From a virus (Duplodnaviria > Caudoviricetes), in the IMG/VR virus record IMGVR_UViG_3300048813_000197, positions 1 to 55,394 of that record: a stretch of DNA of 55,394 bases. One strand, given 5' to 3'. Position numbers and translations under genes: made by a program. Shown in pieces: positions 54,373 to 55,394 of the stretch. Position 1 is the stretch's first letter. The number at the start of each line of letters is the position of its first letter. The notes under the pieces were generated by a model. The model saw only the letters and a list, made by a program, of their open reading frames with translations. It was not told the origin of the DNA and searched no databases.

Positions 54373-54723
54373 ATGACGATCCGCGAACAGCTTTACGACG
54401 CAGTTTCCGATCAATCCGCACAGGCTTGCATCAACCAACACACCCGCAACATCCACACCCTTTACGCAATGCCCGATGGTCGCGTGTACTGGGGCCAAGA
54501 AACCTCTACAAACTCTTGGGATGTGTTGGCTGGAACCGTTGATCCGGTTGCTGTGATCTACCAGACCGGAACCGGCTCCTGTGGCTGCAATTGTGATGCT
54601 TGCATGGCTGGCGATGATCCGGCGGAATGGGCAGGAGATGATGCCAACGAGTTGCTGGACGAGTTGATTGCCAAAGTCGATGCTATCGAAGTTGGCTACT
54701 TTGACGATGAGCAAGAGGCATAA
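54373..54723 (+). CDS. acidic early protein with CGCNCDAC motif
   Basis: RBS GGAG; first gene after promoter. Confidence 0.75.
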   Translation: MTIREQLYDAVSDQSAQACINQHTRNIHTLYAMPDGRVYWGQETSTNSWDVLAGTVDPVAVIYQTGTGSCGCNCDACMAGDDPAEWAGDDANELLDELIAKVDAIEVGYFDDEQEA

Positions 54724-55124
54724 TCTCCGCCGCGCCGCATCCAGCGTAATCCGTGCAATATCACACTAAACCGCCCACGGAGATGTGGGGCAGGAGATCA
54801 GCAAATGAAGGCCATCAGGACTCGCTACCTACCTTGCACCGATACCTACAGTCTGACCTACTCGCCTGCTTTCGGGGCAAATGATGGTTTGATCGACACC
54901 GACGCTCCCGACCACGACCTTGACGCAATGGCCCCACGCTATCTCGTCTACACGGCAGACGGCACAGAAGTAGGAGATTACGAGAGCGAACGCGATGCAG
55001 AGTGGGCGGCAGAATCGCGTGACAAGAAATTAAATCACTCCGCAGAGAACGGCGATCTCTGCCGCGTCGAACTCTTTTCGATAGCCGAGCAAATTTCGCT
55101 CTGATCTCCGCCGCGCCGCATCCA
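54723..55124 (+). repeat. 21-bp direct repeat ATCTCCGCCGCGCCGCATCCA
   Basis: Exact copies at 54723-54743 and 55104-55124, each starting at a stop codon. Confidence 0.9.
54805..55104 (+). CDS. acidic early hypothetical protein
   Basis: RBS AGGAG. Confidence 0.7.
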   Translation: MKAIRTRYLPCTDTYSLTYSPAFGANDGLIDTDAPDHDLDAMAPRYLVYTADGTEVGDYESERDAEWAAESRDKKLNHSAENGDLCRVELFSIAEQISL

Positions 55125-55185
55125 CGGTAAGTGGAGCGTGAGGTTGGTAACCTCGGGCGGTACGTAACCCGCCAGAAAGACTCCA

Positions 55186-55389
55186 ATGGAATACTCGCCT
55201 AATTGGGACCTCTCGACGATTCCGCGCGATCTCCTGCGCGCAGAATACGCCAAGAGCATCAAACCGCCCGCGCCCCGCGCTCGCGTCGAACTGCCTTGCG
55301 TCCAATGTGCTCATCCTCTCAGTGCCCGTGAGCGCCGCAAACCGTGCCCTAAATGCGGCTCCCGCCAGCCACGAGAGTCAAGTACGTAA
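55186..55389 (+). CDS. Zn-ribbon protein
   Basis: CVQC, CPKCG. Confidence 0.65.
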   Translation: MEYSPNWDLSTIPRDLLRAEYAKSIKPPAPRARVELPCVQCAHPLSARERRKPCPKCGSRQPRESST

Positions 55390-55394
55390 ATCCC

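Noticed and set aside
1-55394. tRNA, rRNA, CRISPR array, stop-codon reassignment
   Set aside because: None recognised by eye; long genes end normally with TAA, TAG and TGA

Overview
The window is most of the genome of a tailed dsDNA phage with a podovirus-like (P22/T7-type) virion module. The minus strand carries, in order, terS, terL, portal, scaffold, major capsid, decoration proteins, three adaptor-like proteins, a signal-peptide-bearing fibre, a tail hub, and three ejection proteins ending in a 3264-aa polyvalent protein (ParB-like, HExxH and Strawberry-notch-like SF2 helicase domains). To the right are an HNH / DUF1376 initiator / DNA methyltransferase block, a leftward accessory operon (Nudix, DUF1643, Fis-like, MmcB-like, XRE) and a rightward early operon. 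Six related HNH-AP2 homing endonuclease genes are present, one cut off by the left edge. The main observation is a set of small ORFs that reproduce pieces of hallmark phage proteins: two twin-arginine (Tat) signal peptides fused to fragments of this phage's own major capsid protein, a third capsid A-domain-like fusion, a minimal terminase-like ATPase coupled to a portal-like fragment, a terminase Walker A mimic peptide and a copied TerS peptide. I infer a decoy/mimic system acting against structural-protein-sensing immunity or against competing phages; this is untested. No integrase, DNA polymerase, endolysin, tRNA or CRISPR array was recognised. The host is unknown; the style of the signal peptides weakly suggests Acidobacteriota. 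All alignments were made by eye and no database search was run.
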